A stretch of 63,958 bases of DNA, counting the filler, from Fonticula-like sp. SCN 57-25 (Eukaryota), in assembly GCA_001724245.1 (NCBI GenBank). It is 6 parts of 6 records of this genome, joined end to end, with 100 filler letters (N's around TTAATTAATTAA, not from the genome) between each part and the next. Parts side by side here need not be neighbours in the genome. Positions count along the whole stretch, not along the records: positions 1 to 10,561 come from MEDX01000226.1; positions 10,662 to 22,006 come from MEDX01000228.1; 4 more parts are not named here. One strand, given 5' to 3'. This document shows positions 1 through 12,840 of this stretch, piece by piece. Positions within the stretch are counted from its first letter, which is position 1. The number at the start of each line of letters is the position of its first letter. The position numbers were made by a program, and so were the translations under genes. Below the pieces are notes generated by a model. That model ran no database searches. It was not told the origin of the DNA and saw nothing but the letters and a program-made list of their open reading frames with translations.

Positions 1-95
1 CCGGGGGTACCCGACGCAACTGGAAAGGGAGCGGCGAGAAAAAGAAAGGGGGAGGTGACCGCGGCGGTGCCTGAGAATTTGTTCTTTTTTCGGCA

Positions 96-3000
96 ATGGC
101 GACGCAGCTCGAGAATGGAGACCATCCCTTGTCGCTTCACACTGACGCAGAGTCATTAGCCGCACCCATGTCGCCTGTCCAGGATTCGCCTGGTGCATCC
201 CTGACGCCTCGCGAGGCGACGGTCGTTTTCAAGCCAATTGTGCGCCTGGAAACCGAGTCGACGATTGATAGCACGAGCGCGAGCGAATCAGAGCCCGAGA
301 TCAAGGTTGTCGTGGCGGATGCAACCACCCCTACGCAGCAGACCATCTCGATTGCCGTTTCGCCCGAGGAGGTAGTGACCCCCGCCGCCGAAAAGGCGAC
401 CGACGCGGATCCCAAGACCGGCCTCGCCATCTCTACAAACAACCTTGACCTCCTCTTTGTCGAGAAGGATGCCGGGTCGCCCGGGTCAGCGCACTCGTTG
501 AGCATGACCGAGTTCCTGGACAGCATCCCCGATGAGGACAATTCGCCCAAGCCAAAGTACGTGATTCTTTTCTTGAAGGGTCCCTTTTTACTAATGCTTT
601 GCTTAGAGCGAATGAACGGAGACGGCGCTCAAACACAATCCAAAACACCTTTAGCACAATGCGGGATCTCACAACATCCCTTTTCCGGAAAAAGTCGGAC
701 GGCGCGTACGCCATCCACACGATTCTGATGCCGATCTTTAACCCAATTCATAGCAACGCCGAATCCAATGCGAGCAGCGCGCACTCTGAAACGCGGCCCG
801 CCTCCACAAAACCACCCATCCCATCCACCCCATCCCCACCCGTCTCGACCATCCCACCCGCCTCGACCACCCCGCCCGTCTCAACCACCCCGCCCGTCCC
901 TGACGACGTGCGCACCCCATTGGCCAAAATGTCTTTTTCTCACCTGTGATTGGCCACAGCCCGCCGCAACAAGCGAAACGTCGCCGACGGGCGCGACAAA
1001 CAGCCCTATGCGCTCACTTTCCCTTTTGCGTTCCCGCATGAGCCTTCGCCGCAAGGACACCACCTCTACTGCTTCTGCTTCAGGGTCGCCCTCTGCGTCG
1101 CCTTTGGCCGCGTCGCCCGCCTCGTCCTCGCCAATCACGACGCCCGCCAAGCCCACTTTGGCCAATGGCGGCAGCGCGAGCGGCGGCATGAACCTGATCC
1201 GCTCGATCAGCCTTCGCCGCGAGCGCTCGCGCGGCAGCACCGAGATGATGGGCGCTTTCGTTCCACCTTCTTTGCCGCCACGTGACAATACCACTTCTGA
1301 CCCGCCGAGCCTCACCGGCAGCGCCGCCAGCAGCGCGAGCGACCTCAAACTGGACGTTGCCGCCGCGCTCGCCGCCGTCCCCGAGTCCGATTCTTCTTCA
1401 GTAATGTCGCCAATGTCGCCGAGCCGCCGCGTGAGCTCGGACGCCGAAAGCATTTTTTCGAAACCGGCGCCTCCCATTGGCTCGCTGCGGCGCAGCGGCA
1501 CGCTGAACCGCACGTGGCGCGCGTCGAGCTCGGCGCTGCTTATTGGCAAAAGAGAGCCGACAACGCCGTCGGGAATTAATGACGGCGGGTCGTGGCAGAT
1601 GCTGCCGAGCACGCCGGCGACGCCGATTTCGCCACGTGAGCGCGCCCAATCACAGCCTACAATGGACGATGGCGCGATTGGTGCAAATGCAGGTGCAAAT
1701 GCAGGCACAAATTCGGCTGTTTCAGGTGAAAATTCCGATATTTCTGCTGCAAATACGTCAAATTTGCCCTCAATTTCAGGCGCGATTGCGGCCTCTGCGA
1801 CGCTTCCCATTCGCAGCGGCAATGCGACCTTTGCCGTCCGCGCCCCCGCGATAAAGTCGAGCATCTTTGACGCCTCCCTTAATCAGCGCCGCCCATCCGA
1901 CCTCGACCTCGGCTCACTTTCCGCCCCCCTTTCACCCGAAGAAACCAAACGTCGCAAACGCCTCCAAGCACGCACATTTGTCGCACGTGAACTTTTGGTG
2001 ACAGAGCGTAATTATGTGAGCATGCTGCAATTGGTCGTTGAGCAGGTGATTAGGCCGCTGGTAAAGTTGAGTGAGCATGGAAGGCCAGTGCTGACAGAGA
2101 ATGAGATTAAGAATATTTTTGCGTGTATTGAGGAAGTGTTGAGGGTGAATGAGGCGTTTTTGGCGGATTTGGAAGTGGTCGCAGAAGACAAGTCATTCAC
2201 AGGGCTAGGCGATGCTTTTGCCAAACATGTACGAGAGAAAAGATTGTTTGGGGTTGAGTCAGGGGTGGAAGGATATGGGTTTGATATGGGTTTGATATGA
2301 GTGGTTATGATGAATGACTCGATGATAATGTGTGTGTTTATGATGTCAATGTGTGTCAAAGTGTGTTTATTTTGTGTGTATTTAGTGCTGAAATGACACT
2401 TTTAACCACATTTCCATCCATTTCAACCCATTTTAACCCATTTTAACCCCTTTTTGCTCACTCTTTTTTCCTAGTTTAATGGCGGAAGTTATGTCAAATT
2501 CGGCGATTATTACTCTGCGGCAAAGAGCGCCATTCGCCGCGTCGAAGAACAGTCCGAAACCTACCGCGTCTTCATCGCCTCGTGCATGCTCAACCCCGAC
2601 CTTCAACGCCAAGACGTCTCCAACCTCTTAATTCTCCCTATTCAGCGCGTCACTCGCTACGTCATGCTCCTAAGTGACCTTGTCAAGCACACTGAGCCAT
2701 CGCATCCAGATAGTGAAGCCTTGTCTGCTGCGCTGACAAATATGCGAAAGTTGTCTTTTGATGTGAATGAGGCAAAAAGACGCGAAGAATCGATGACAAA
2801 AATGTTTCAAATTCAGAAATCGATTGAGAATTGTCCGCCGACAATTATAAGTGCGTCGCGGCGGTACGTCACGGAAGACGACTTTTTCCTTATGGACGGC
2901 GACACGGCGGTGCGCGACGCGCGACTGTTTCTATTTACGGATATGATTCTGCTGGCACGTGGGCCGCCGCATACGAGGTTTCTGACCAATAGTATTGCGA

Positions 3001-3254
3001 ATCAGTCGATGGCGGTGATCGCGGCGAGAAAGACAAGGTTCAAGTTTCACAAGATTATTATGCTGAAAAGGGTGAGGTTGGTTGAGGGTGACGTAAGCAG
3101 GAAACCGGGGCCGGTGTTTAGGCTGATGGATGGGGGGGGGGAGGGGGCGGCGCTGCAGGCGTATAGTGCGAGTCATTATGCGAATTTTGTGGCGGCATTG
3201 CAGCCGCAATTGGCCGCAAACGAAGAAGTCAAGGAAGTCAAGGAAGGAAAGTGA
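96..3254 (+). CDS. Dbl-family RhoGEF (DH-PH) with long low-complexity N-terminus, multi-exon
   Basis: DH motifs RELLVTERNYVSML, IKNIFACIEEVLRVN and LLILPIQRVTRYVMLLSDL, then a PH-like RLFLFTDMILLA. Introns at about 557-606, 706-753, 908-959 and 2229-2474. Confidence 0.85.
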
Positions 3255-3962
3255 GAAAAAATGAGAAAAAAGTGAGAAAAATGGCAAGAAAAAGGTGTTT
3301 TTGGTGTCAAAAATGGTTTTTTGGTGTCAAAAATGTCAAAAAGGTGCCAAAAAATGTCAAAATGGCACAAAAAATACCGCCCGTAAATCAAGGTTTTTTT
3401 CTTTTGTTCATGTTTCAGTAATGTTTCTTGTTGTTTTCAGTGTTTCATTTCATATCCTTTTTCTTGTTTTCTTATCTCTTTCCTTGTTCTCGCCCACTAT
3501 GTTATATTCACGGTGGACTGCGTCGGCGAGCGCGTCCATCTACTGTACCCGCACACACTTGTACCTCTTTTTTCGCTTATCTGCCCATCAATCAATCATA
3601 TGCTGTCGCAGGAAATACACTTTATATTCATATTATTCATATGTGATTATGTAATAGTCTTACAGCAGGAAACTAAAATGGCGGGAAAAGTGTAACAACG
3701 CCAATATCAATATCAAACAGAAAGTACTCTTGCTTGCTCAAAAGGCGAAAAAACGCACAACAAAAGAAAGTAAACTGTATACAAGCACGAAAAAGCGCCA
3801 TTTTTAGAAACAACATTCAACATTTTCCTCAACTTTTGTCACTTTTTGGTTGAAAGTGCCGATTTCATAGACAATAAAAAGATGGTAAAAAGACACTTTT
3901 AGGTCACTTTTAGCCACAAAAGTGTCATTTTCACCTTCAATTTCCATCTTTTCCCTTCTTTT

Positions 3963-6900
3963 TCAGTCACTTTCCCCTCCACTTTCACTTTCTCTTGACA
4001 ATGTTGACCTTGGCGTGAGCGGCGTCGTCGTCCCCGCACTCGCCTCACCCGAAAAGAACTCTTCAAACACACTATCAGGCAGCGGCTCATCATCATTCAT
4101 CCACTCACTCATGATCACGTGATCTGTTGTTGCACGGTCACGTGGGTCGGATTCAAGCATGGAACGAATAAGAGTGACAATAGTTGATGAAAGTGTAGAA
4201 GGAAAATCAACGTCCACGTGGCCAAGTTGGATGCGTGCGATGGTTGGCTTTGGGTCGTCTGCGTCGGCGACGCCAAAGGGGAATTCGCCAGTGACCATGA
4301 TGTAGAGGATGATGCCCATGGACCACACGTCGGTGGGGGGGCCAAGGTACTCACTAGAGGGGAAAAGGGGAGAAAAAGTGGGTGAAAAGAAGGGAAAATG
4401 GGTAAAAATGGTAAAAAATGGGTGAAAAATGGTCAAAAATGAAGAAAAGCGGACAAAAAGACAACAAAAATAGTCAAAAAGACAACAAAAAACAACAAAA
4501 AAGAAGACAATGTGTGTTAGAATTGCGTTCAAATAGCACTAAAAGTGCTTCTAATGTTCCAATTGACGTACCGTTTGCCGACCATTTCGGGTGCAGCATA
4601 TTCGATTGTGCCGCAAAAGGTGCGCAGGAAATGATCGGGACGGAAAATGTTGCTCAGGCCGAAATCTGGCGGGAAAAGAGTGTTAGTGGCCACGTGGTTG
4701 GAAAAGAATGTTAGTGGCCACGTGGGAACAATAAACCCTTTTTGCCATATTTTGTCATGGGACACATGGGTATATGGCGCCAAAATCAAAATATAGAGTC
4801 GTTACTCATGAAATTCCATCCATATATACACCCACGTGGACAAATAAAAACCAATTAAAACACCGCCCACGTGGTCAAATTGTCACTTTCCCTTTCCTTT
4901 CCCTTTACTTTTCTCTTTCCTCTTTCGTACCGATGAGTCTGACATCACCATTATGCCCCACCAATACATTCTCCATCTTCAAGTCCCTATGCACAATATT
5001 GTTCATCTGAATATACTCCACCGCCGCCGCCAACTGTCTAAAAATAAACTTTGCCGCCGACTCTGGCAGCCACCCATCCCTACTATCAAACACAAAATCA
5101 TCCAATGTCTGCCCCGGCACATACTCCATCACAATGTACGTATAATCCGGATGCTGCACGACATCCAGCAATCGAATCACATTTGGGTGATCGAACGATC
5201 GCATAATTTCAATTTCACGTGCCAATCGTGACATCATTCCCGTATTTTTAACCTCATTCTGAATGACCTTGACCGCCGTCTGAAAGTTTGTCATCCTATT
5301 GTACCCGAAACGAACTTCGGCGTACGCGCCAACGCCAATCACAGCGCCCAAATCAAATGTCCCGATCGTGCCCGTTACGGATGACGCGGCTTTTCCGGCG
5401 CCGTCCTGGCCGGCGTCGCCGCGCTCGCGCATCGGAACCTTGAAGGCCTCGACCCACTCGGCGAGGTCGAGCTGGTCGGCGCACTGGAAATAGTACTCGC
5501 GCGTCGCGAGCGATATCTTAAACACGTGCGCGCGCTGCGCCTCGCTCGCCACCTCGACTTTGACAATGTCGGCGAGCGGGAAAAAGCCGCGCCAGTGGCC
5601 ATGTGAGAGCGCGTCTTCAGAGTCAAAGTAAAAAAAGGCCATGGGGGTGAGCGAGCACATGCGCGAGACCCAGCTGCGCCACGAGCCGCCGCGCTTCATG
5701 AGCCAACCGCGCCGGATCGTGTCATTTAAAACATTCGAGGCGGCAGAGGGGCGCTCCTTGTCGCGCAGCAGCTTGGGCATCGGAGAAAAGCGGGCGAGCG
5801 ACCACCCGCGCGTGATGGAAGGGCGGCGGTTTTGGGCTGTATAAGTTGATGTTGGTGTGGGCGGCGCGGCAGATTCGGCGAATGGCGACGGCGGCGCGTC
5901 GACATTTGATAGGGAAGTGGATGACGTGCGGATGCGCAGCGAGCCAAAGGAAGGCGAGCGCGAAATCATCGAACCGAGACGGCGCATAATACTGCCACCT
6001 GGGCTCGGTGGCGGCGGCGGCATCGCAGCTTTGGCGTCAATTTCAGAAGCATTGACAGATGAAGGAAGGCGCGCGAGGGGCGGCGGGCCAATAGGGCGCG
6101 AAAGGTCAGAGGTAGAAGAGGAATTTTTGCCGAGGTTCAAAGAAGGGGCGCTCGCGTCGCGGCGGACGGGCGTGACGGGCGGCGGAGCGGAAGAAGTGTC
6201 GCGCGAAGAATTGCCGCGGGTTTTGCCGACGAAGGTGCGGCGGAATTTTTGAAAGGCGCCTTCGCGGCCAGCGGAAAGCGGTGACATGAGATCTAGAAGA
6301 AAGGGGGTGAGTGAGGTGGAAGATATGGTCACGTGCGTACCTTCTTCGCCGGCGGATGCGGTGCCAAAGGCTTCTTCGGGCAGTGCTGTGACAATATTAG
6401 TAAGAAAAAAAGTCATGAAAAAGCACGAAAAAGTGCACGAAAAAGGTATGAACAGACAGAAAATGTCACAAAAAAGACACAAAACCAACAAAAAAGAGCA
6501 TAAAAAGATACAAAAAAGCATCAAAATACACGTACGTTCGTCTTGGCGAAGGATGTAGTAGGCCTCGTCGCGCCAGAATTCGGATGCCGGGAGGTGCTGC
6601 GGGACACCTGTAGGGTACGACGCGCTCTTTAGGACAAACGTGCCTTCATCAGCAAGGCCAAACTTGTTCATCAGTTTGGCCACAACAGCTAGACACATAA
6701 TATATAAGCAAAAACAACCAAAAAAGGCCCTTTTTTTATTTAAGCGCACCTCTCATTGTAGTTGAATTGGGAACGGCCACCTTGGACGATCTCGCGGCGT
6801 CGGCGACAAACATTTGGTGGACGGTAAAAATGGCGAGCGGCGCGCGCGCAGTGTCGCTGCTGGCTGCAATAGCGGGGTCGCTGCCGCGCACGAGGCACAG

Positions 6901-7472
6901 TTCTTCGTCGAGCGCCATCTCGACGGCGGTCAGGCCGGGCGGCATGCCGTCGGGGAAGCTGACCGACTTTAGGACGAAAAGTTCGGGCTGGCTCAGCTTG
7001 AACTTTACACAAATGCGCTCAATGACGGCTAGGTAATTCATTAGATAAACATATTTGAAAAGTGACATGTGTGTGACGTACCGATGGTCAAAAAGTCGGG
7101 CGGGATCCCGACCTTGCTGATGTGGTTCAGATGCTTGGATGTTCCGTCAACGACGCGCACCGACAGGATGACAAGCGGGCCGCGCGGCGATGTCGGCGCG
7201 GAAGTTTGTGAAGGCGCCTTGGCGGGCGCTTCCTTGTGCTTGGGTGTCGTCGGCGGTTCGTCATCCTGCTGCGGCTCGGGATGATGGGCGGCCGCGGGCT
7301 CCATGGAGGCGAAATCCGGCGTAAAAGAGCCATCGGCGGACAGCGGGGTGGCCTTGTCAAATGCCTCCTTGAGCGCCGACCTCACTTCGAGCTCAAAGTC
7401 GGACATGAAGGAGCCGCTGTAGCTGCCGACCTGCGAGAGGTCGAGCGACAGGCCCGTCGATCTCTCCGACAT
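3963..7472 (-). CDS. Ser/Thr kinase of CAMK/AMPK-related type, preceded by two ubiquitin-like/RA-like repeats and a PH domain, multi-exon
   Basis: Kinase motifs GVGAYAEV, AVKVI, HRDLKMENVL, DFGLSN, TFCGTIEYAAPE and DVWSMGIILY. PH segment RRGWLMKRGGSWRSW...EWVEAF. Confidence 0.85.
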
Positions 7473-7821
7473 TGGTGCTCCAAAATTGCGTCAAAACAAG
7501 TTGACGATCGGAAACGAGTGGGTTCCTGGCAACCACGACGAAACGCCCTGCGTCGCGCCCTGCGGCGAACGCGCGTCGTCACCCCCGGACAAGATGAACC
7601 CGACCGTCAAGTGAGGAGAAAAAAGACTGTGCGCACAGGCTCCGTGTGCGTCACACCTCACCCTGCAAGCACCGACGACGGTCGGGGGATTGTTTTGCAT
7701 CGCCACACCCGACTCTGCCCCTGCACATTCTCCCTTGATCGCGATCGATTCGATCAATCGCGATCAGCTCTGCTGACACACACTTTTGCCGACGGCTCTC
7801 TGACGGCTCTGCAAGGGGGGC

Positions 7822-9478
7822 ATGCGCGCTCGTGTGCTCGCTGCAGTGTTGCTGCTGGCGGCCGGCGCCGTCGCGTCGGTCAGCGTGCCTTCGTCGGCTT
7901 ACTTTGTCGAGACGTTTGACGACTCGTGGGAATCGCGCTGGACGCGGAGCAGCGCGCTCAAGCACAGCGACGGCGAGGAGCTCAAGTATGAGGGTACACT
8001 AAGCATGTTCGCCGCATGCCATTGCTCACTGATCTTTTTCTTAGGTGTGTGGGCTGTGGAGGAGCCCTCTGTGTACCCCGACGGCACCGGCGACAAGGGC
8101 CTTGTGATGAAGAGCGCCGCTCGCCTCCACGCGATCAGCGCCAAGCTCCCCACTCCCATCACCGACTTTGGCACCGAGTTTGTCGTGCAGTACGAAGTCA
8201 AGACGCAGGACGGCCTCGAGTGCGGCGGCGCGTACCTCAAGCTCATCAGCGCCTCTTCCGATTTCTCGCCCTCCTCCTTTGGCGGCGACACCCCCTACAC
8301 CATCATGTTTGGCCCCGATCGCTGCGGCCCTTCCGACCGCGTCCACTTTATCCTTCGCCACCTCAACCCCCTCACGAATCAGTACGAAGAAAAACTGCTC
8401 GACGCGCCGCCGCGCACGCCTTCCACCAAGACCTCAACCCTCTACACGCTCGTCGTCCGCGGCGACAACACCGCCGAGATCTTTATCAACGGCGAGTCCG
8501 CCCGCAGCGGCTCCCTCTTTGACATGTTTTCGCCGCCCGTGAACCCGCCGGCGACCATCGACGACCCGACCGACTCCAAGCCGGCCACGTGGGAGGACGA
8601 GCCGCGCGTCCGCGACCCCGCCGCGCGCAAGCCCGACGACTGGGACGAGTCGCAGCCGGCCGAGCTGCCCGACATGACCGCGACCAAGCCCGAGGGCTGG
8701 CTCGACGACGAGCCGCTGTACGTGGCCGACCCGGAAGTGGCCAAGCCCGACGACTGGATTGACGAGGATGACGGCGAGTGGGAGGCGCCCGTCGTGGCCA
8801 ATCCGCGCTGCGAAATTGGCTGCGGCGAGTGGAAGCGGCCGACGGTCCGCAACCCGCTCTACAAGGGAAAGTGGCTCGCGCCCTACATCGACAACCCAAA
8901 GTATGTCGGGCCGTGGAAGGCGAAGCAAATTGCAAACCCGGATTACTATCACGACGACGCGCCGCACAAAATGACACCCATCGTACGCTGCCCACGTGAC
9001 TAAACACCCCAAAACTAAACTTTTTCCTATTCAGGGCGCCATCGGATTCGAGCTCTGGACCATGCAGGGCGACATTCTCTTTGACAACATCTTTATCGGC
9101 TCGAGCCTCGCCGACGCCCGCGCGTTTGCCGAGGCCACGTGGCGGCCGCGTCACGACATTGAAGCTGGCCTCGAGGCCGCTGCCGAGGGCGTCGTCGGCC
9201 CATGGGGCTTTGCCTATGCCGAGCTAAAGGCATTTGCCGGAGAAGTGTTTGTGGATCCGATTGGTGCGGCGAAGCGCCACGTGGGCGCTGCGACGGTGGC
9301 GGTTGTTATGCCGCTTCTGATTGGTCTGATTGTGGTGCTCATGAGGACGACGGGTGGGGATGGGCTCGTGAGGCCGGCACGTGACAGGCGGGTGGCAGAA
9401 GAGGAAAAAGAAGAAGAAGAAGAAGAAGAGGAAGAAGTGGAAGAGGAAAAGGATGAAAAGGAAAAGAAGAACGACTAA
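7822..9478 (+). CDS. CANX: Calnexin
   Basis: Signal peptide, GLECGGAYLKL, IMFGPDRCG, P-domain KPxDWDE repeats, IGFELWTMQ, TM segment and acidic tail. Introns near 7994-8044 and 8983-9034. Confidence 0.95.
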
Positions 9479-9730
9479 ATTGATGTATGAAAATAAATTG
9501 CAATCATATTATGCTTGAGATTTCAATATTCGATGCTTATTTGATCACCCATGAGTGGCAAAAAAAAAGTATTTTATATGATTTTGACCACTGTATGTGT
9601 GTATCAATCAAACTGTTTTGCTGTATATACGTTGCTAAACATGTCTTTTTCATATTTCTTTTTGACTATAATCTTGTTTCGTCCCTTAAATACAACATAT
9701 TGACCAGTGTACAAAAATACTCAATACCTC

Positions 9731-10561
9731 TCAACGCCACGCCGCATAAAGCGTCGGGTCATAAGTGTGCCTTACCAGCCTGCTATGCAACTCATCCGGC
9801 AGCTGCTTCACCAACCTCACCGACAGCGCAATCACCGGCTGAGCCTGCAAATCAGGCAAGTTTCTCAGCACCTTCATTGGATTGGGCGACGCCATAATAC
9901 TGTCACGAATAAGAATGTACTGTGCAATAGTGCACAATACCGCCAAATGAGCGCCAAATGCAAATAAATAGTCCCACAATTTGAGCACTTCCTCGAGCGG
10001 CGGCGTGCAGCTGCACAGCGTCAGCACCGACGCGAATGAGTATACCTTGGCGTCGGCCTTGCGCGCGCGAAGAAAGGCAGACAGCTCGGGGTCGACTACC
10101 TGCAGGCACTCTTCGAGCAGCTGAACGCCGTAGTGCACGCCGTCGAGGTTGGGCTGCAGGTACATGGGGCAGAGCTGGCGGGCGAGGTGCTCAAAGGTGT
10201 AGAAGGCGTCGGGCTCGGGCATCACGTAGAGGAGGGGGGCGAGGAGGACATTCATGCCTTGGACGTAGCCGACGGAGAGGCCGGGGGACTTAGAAGTGCC
10301 TTCAAGCTGAAGTACTGCAGAAGAGTGTCAAAAAAAAGGGATCATCACAGAAACATCGGCATGCGGCATCACAACAATCGCCATGGCGACATGTCATGGC
10401 GATCATGCATCACGCATCACAACACACAACATATCATAATGTATTACAACACTTTACGACACTCCACAACACTTCACAACATATGTCCACGTTTCACAAC
10501 GACGTCACGTACCTTTGGATTGGTTGGCGAGGGCGTTGAGGACGCGGACAAACTGCGCCTC
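9731..10561 (-). CDS. BUB2: BUB2/Cdc16-type TBC GAP (MEN/SIN), 5'-truncated by contig end
   Basis: YVQGMNVLLAPLLYVMPE, VYSFASVLTLCSCTPPLEEVLKLWDYLFAFGAHL and SPNPMKVLR match Bub2/Cdc16 motifs. Confidence 0.85.
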
Positions 10562-10661
10562 NNNNNNNNNNNNNNNNNNNNNNNNNNNNNNNNNNNNNNN
10601 NNNNNTTAATTAATTAANNNNNNNNNNNNNNNNNNNNNNNNNNNNNNNNNNNNNNNNNNNN
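10562..10661. other. Artificial contig linker
   Basis: N44-TTAATTAATTAA-N44, giving stops in all six frames. Confidence 0.98.
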
Positions 10662-12478
10662 CAAGTGGAACCTGACTGGCACGCCGCTGCAGAACCGCAT
10701 TGGCGAGCTGTACTCGCTCATCCGCTTCATGGACGTTTACCCGTACAGCTACTACTTTTGCAGGCAGTGCGACTGCAAGAGCCTCTCGTGGAAGTTTCAC
10801 AACCACTCGGCATGCGTCGAGTGTGGCCACAAGCCTCACTAGTACGTTTAGAGGGGTGAATTTTGGGTGGTATTTGTGTCATTTCATGTCATTTTATGAC
10901 ATTTTTTGGTACTTTTGGTACCATTTCATGTCATTTCGTGCCATTTTGTGTCACTTTTCATGTCGTTTCATGTCATTTTTGTGCCATTTTTGTCATTTCT
11001 TATGCCCTTTCTCACCTTCTCTTCTCTTTTCCAGTCACTTTTGCTGGTGGAACAGCGAAATTCTCCGCCCCTTCCAGCGCTTTGGCTCTGAAGGCTACGG
11101 CCGCGTCGTCTTCTCCCGCCTCAGCGTCTTCTCCCGCCTCAGCTCGCTCCTCCAGCGCATCATGCTGCGCCGCACCAAGCTCGAGCGCGCCGCCGACCTC
11201 GGCCTGCCCCCGCGCGTCTCGTACCTCCGCACGCACTTTTTCAACGCCGAAGAAGAGGATTTTTACCGCGCGCTCTACTCGGAAAGCCGCACTCAGTTTG
11301 CGTCATACGTCGAGAACGGGAGCGTGCTCAATAATTATGCGCACATTTTCGAGCTGCTGATGCGCATGCGGCAGGCGGCGAACCACCCGTACCTCGTGAC
11401 GCACAAGGCGGGGGGGAGCACGGCGGGGGGGGGGGGGGGGNNNNNNNNNGGGGGGGGGGGGGAGGGTGTGTGGCATTTGTCAGGACCAGGCGGAGGACCC
11501 GGTGCAGGCGTCGTGTAAGCACGTGTTTTGTAGGGAGGATATTAGAATGTATCTGGGGAGTGCAGTCGCAAACGCAACGTGCCCGGTTTGCTTTAGGTAC
11601 GAAAGAGTGAATTTTGGTTGAAATTGGGTTGAAATTGGGGTTGAAATTGTGTGCATTTTGGTGCAAATTTGACACTTTTAGGTGCATTTTTGTCATTTCT
11701 GGTGCATTTTTGTCATTTTTGTCACATTTCTTTTTATGATTTTTGTTACTTTTGCCGCATTACTGACACTACTTGTAGGCCCTTTACTGTTGATCTGTTC
11801 CAGCCTGCCCTTGCCACTTCCCGCGAGGAAGCCCGCGCGAGCGCCTCGCACCGCCGCTCAATTATGAACCGCATTCAGCTCGACCGCTGGAAAACCTCTT
11901 CCAAAATTGAAGCCCTTCTCGAAGAACTTTCCAATATCCGCGACGCGCGCCCCGCCTTTGACACGTGCTCGCAGTCACCTGGCTCGGCCGCGCCCGCCTC
12001 GGCCGCCGCCGCGAGCATAAAGTGCATTGTATTTTCCCAGTTTGTCTCTTTCCTCGACATTATTGAGTGGCGCCTGCAGCGCGCCGGCTTCCGTACAGTC
12101 AAGCTCGACGGCACGATGACGCCGCAGCAGCGCGATCTGATCATTGAGGCGTTCACGACCAACCCGCGCGTGCAGGTTTTCCTCATTTCGCTAAAGGCGG
12201 GCGGTGTGGCGCTGAATTTGACCGAGGCGAGCCACGTGTTTCTTATGGACCCGTGGTGGAACCCGGCGGTGGAGGCGCAGGCAATGGACAGAATTCATAG
12301 GCTGGGGCAGTACAGGCCAATTCAGATCAAGAGGCTGATCGTCGAGAATTCGATCGAGGCGAGAATCGTGCAGCTGCAGGAAAAGAAGAATCTGATGTTT
12401 CAGAGTACCGTCGGGATGGACGTCGACGCGCTTAGCAGGCTCACGCTGGAAGATCTCAACTTTTTGTTTGTCATGTAG
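10662..12478 (+). CDS. RAD16: Rad16-type SNF2 helicase with RING finger, 5'-partial
   Basis: LTGTPLQNRIGELYSLIRF with Cys-rich insert, IMLRRTKLERAADLGLPPR, LNNYAHIFELLMRMRQAANHP, RING exon, and SLKAGGVALNLTEASHVFLMDPWWNPAVE. Confidence 0.92.
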
Positions 12479-12840
12479 GGGAATCTTAGTGATCTAGGCT
12501 TGAGTATTTTACCGGAATTGGGTTTTTTGTAGATAGTTGTATGGTTTAGGGAACAGCGACGATGATGTCGCAATTTCATAGGAAATAAAATGAATAATAA
12601 AGACTGTTGCTTTATTGCTCGCCTCGCTCCACTTTGGCCGTTTTGGGGCGATCTTGCTGCCCCATCGTGCTTGGTGCATCTTAGTTTTGGCACATTTCCC
12701 GCCAAATTCGTCATCAATGTTGATTTTAGCGCTGACGTAATCAGAATCGTTGACTGTTTGAAGCTCGAGAGACCCCTTTGCGGCATCGCGCCCTCTCTTC
12801 TTCATCCTGCATCCCCCACCCTCCCCCCCTCACCGCGCCC

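Noticed and set aside
3295-3899. Phe/Lys-rich ORFs in AT-rich spacers and long introns
   Set aside because: Translations of T- or A-skewed low-complexity non-coding DNA.
11411-11462. Poly-G tract with Ns and an apparent frameshift in RAD16
   Set aside because: Low-quality homopolymer gap. It is not evidence for a pseudogene or programmed frameshifting.
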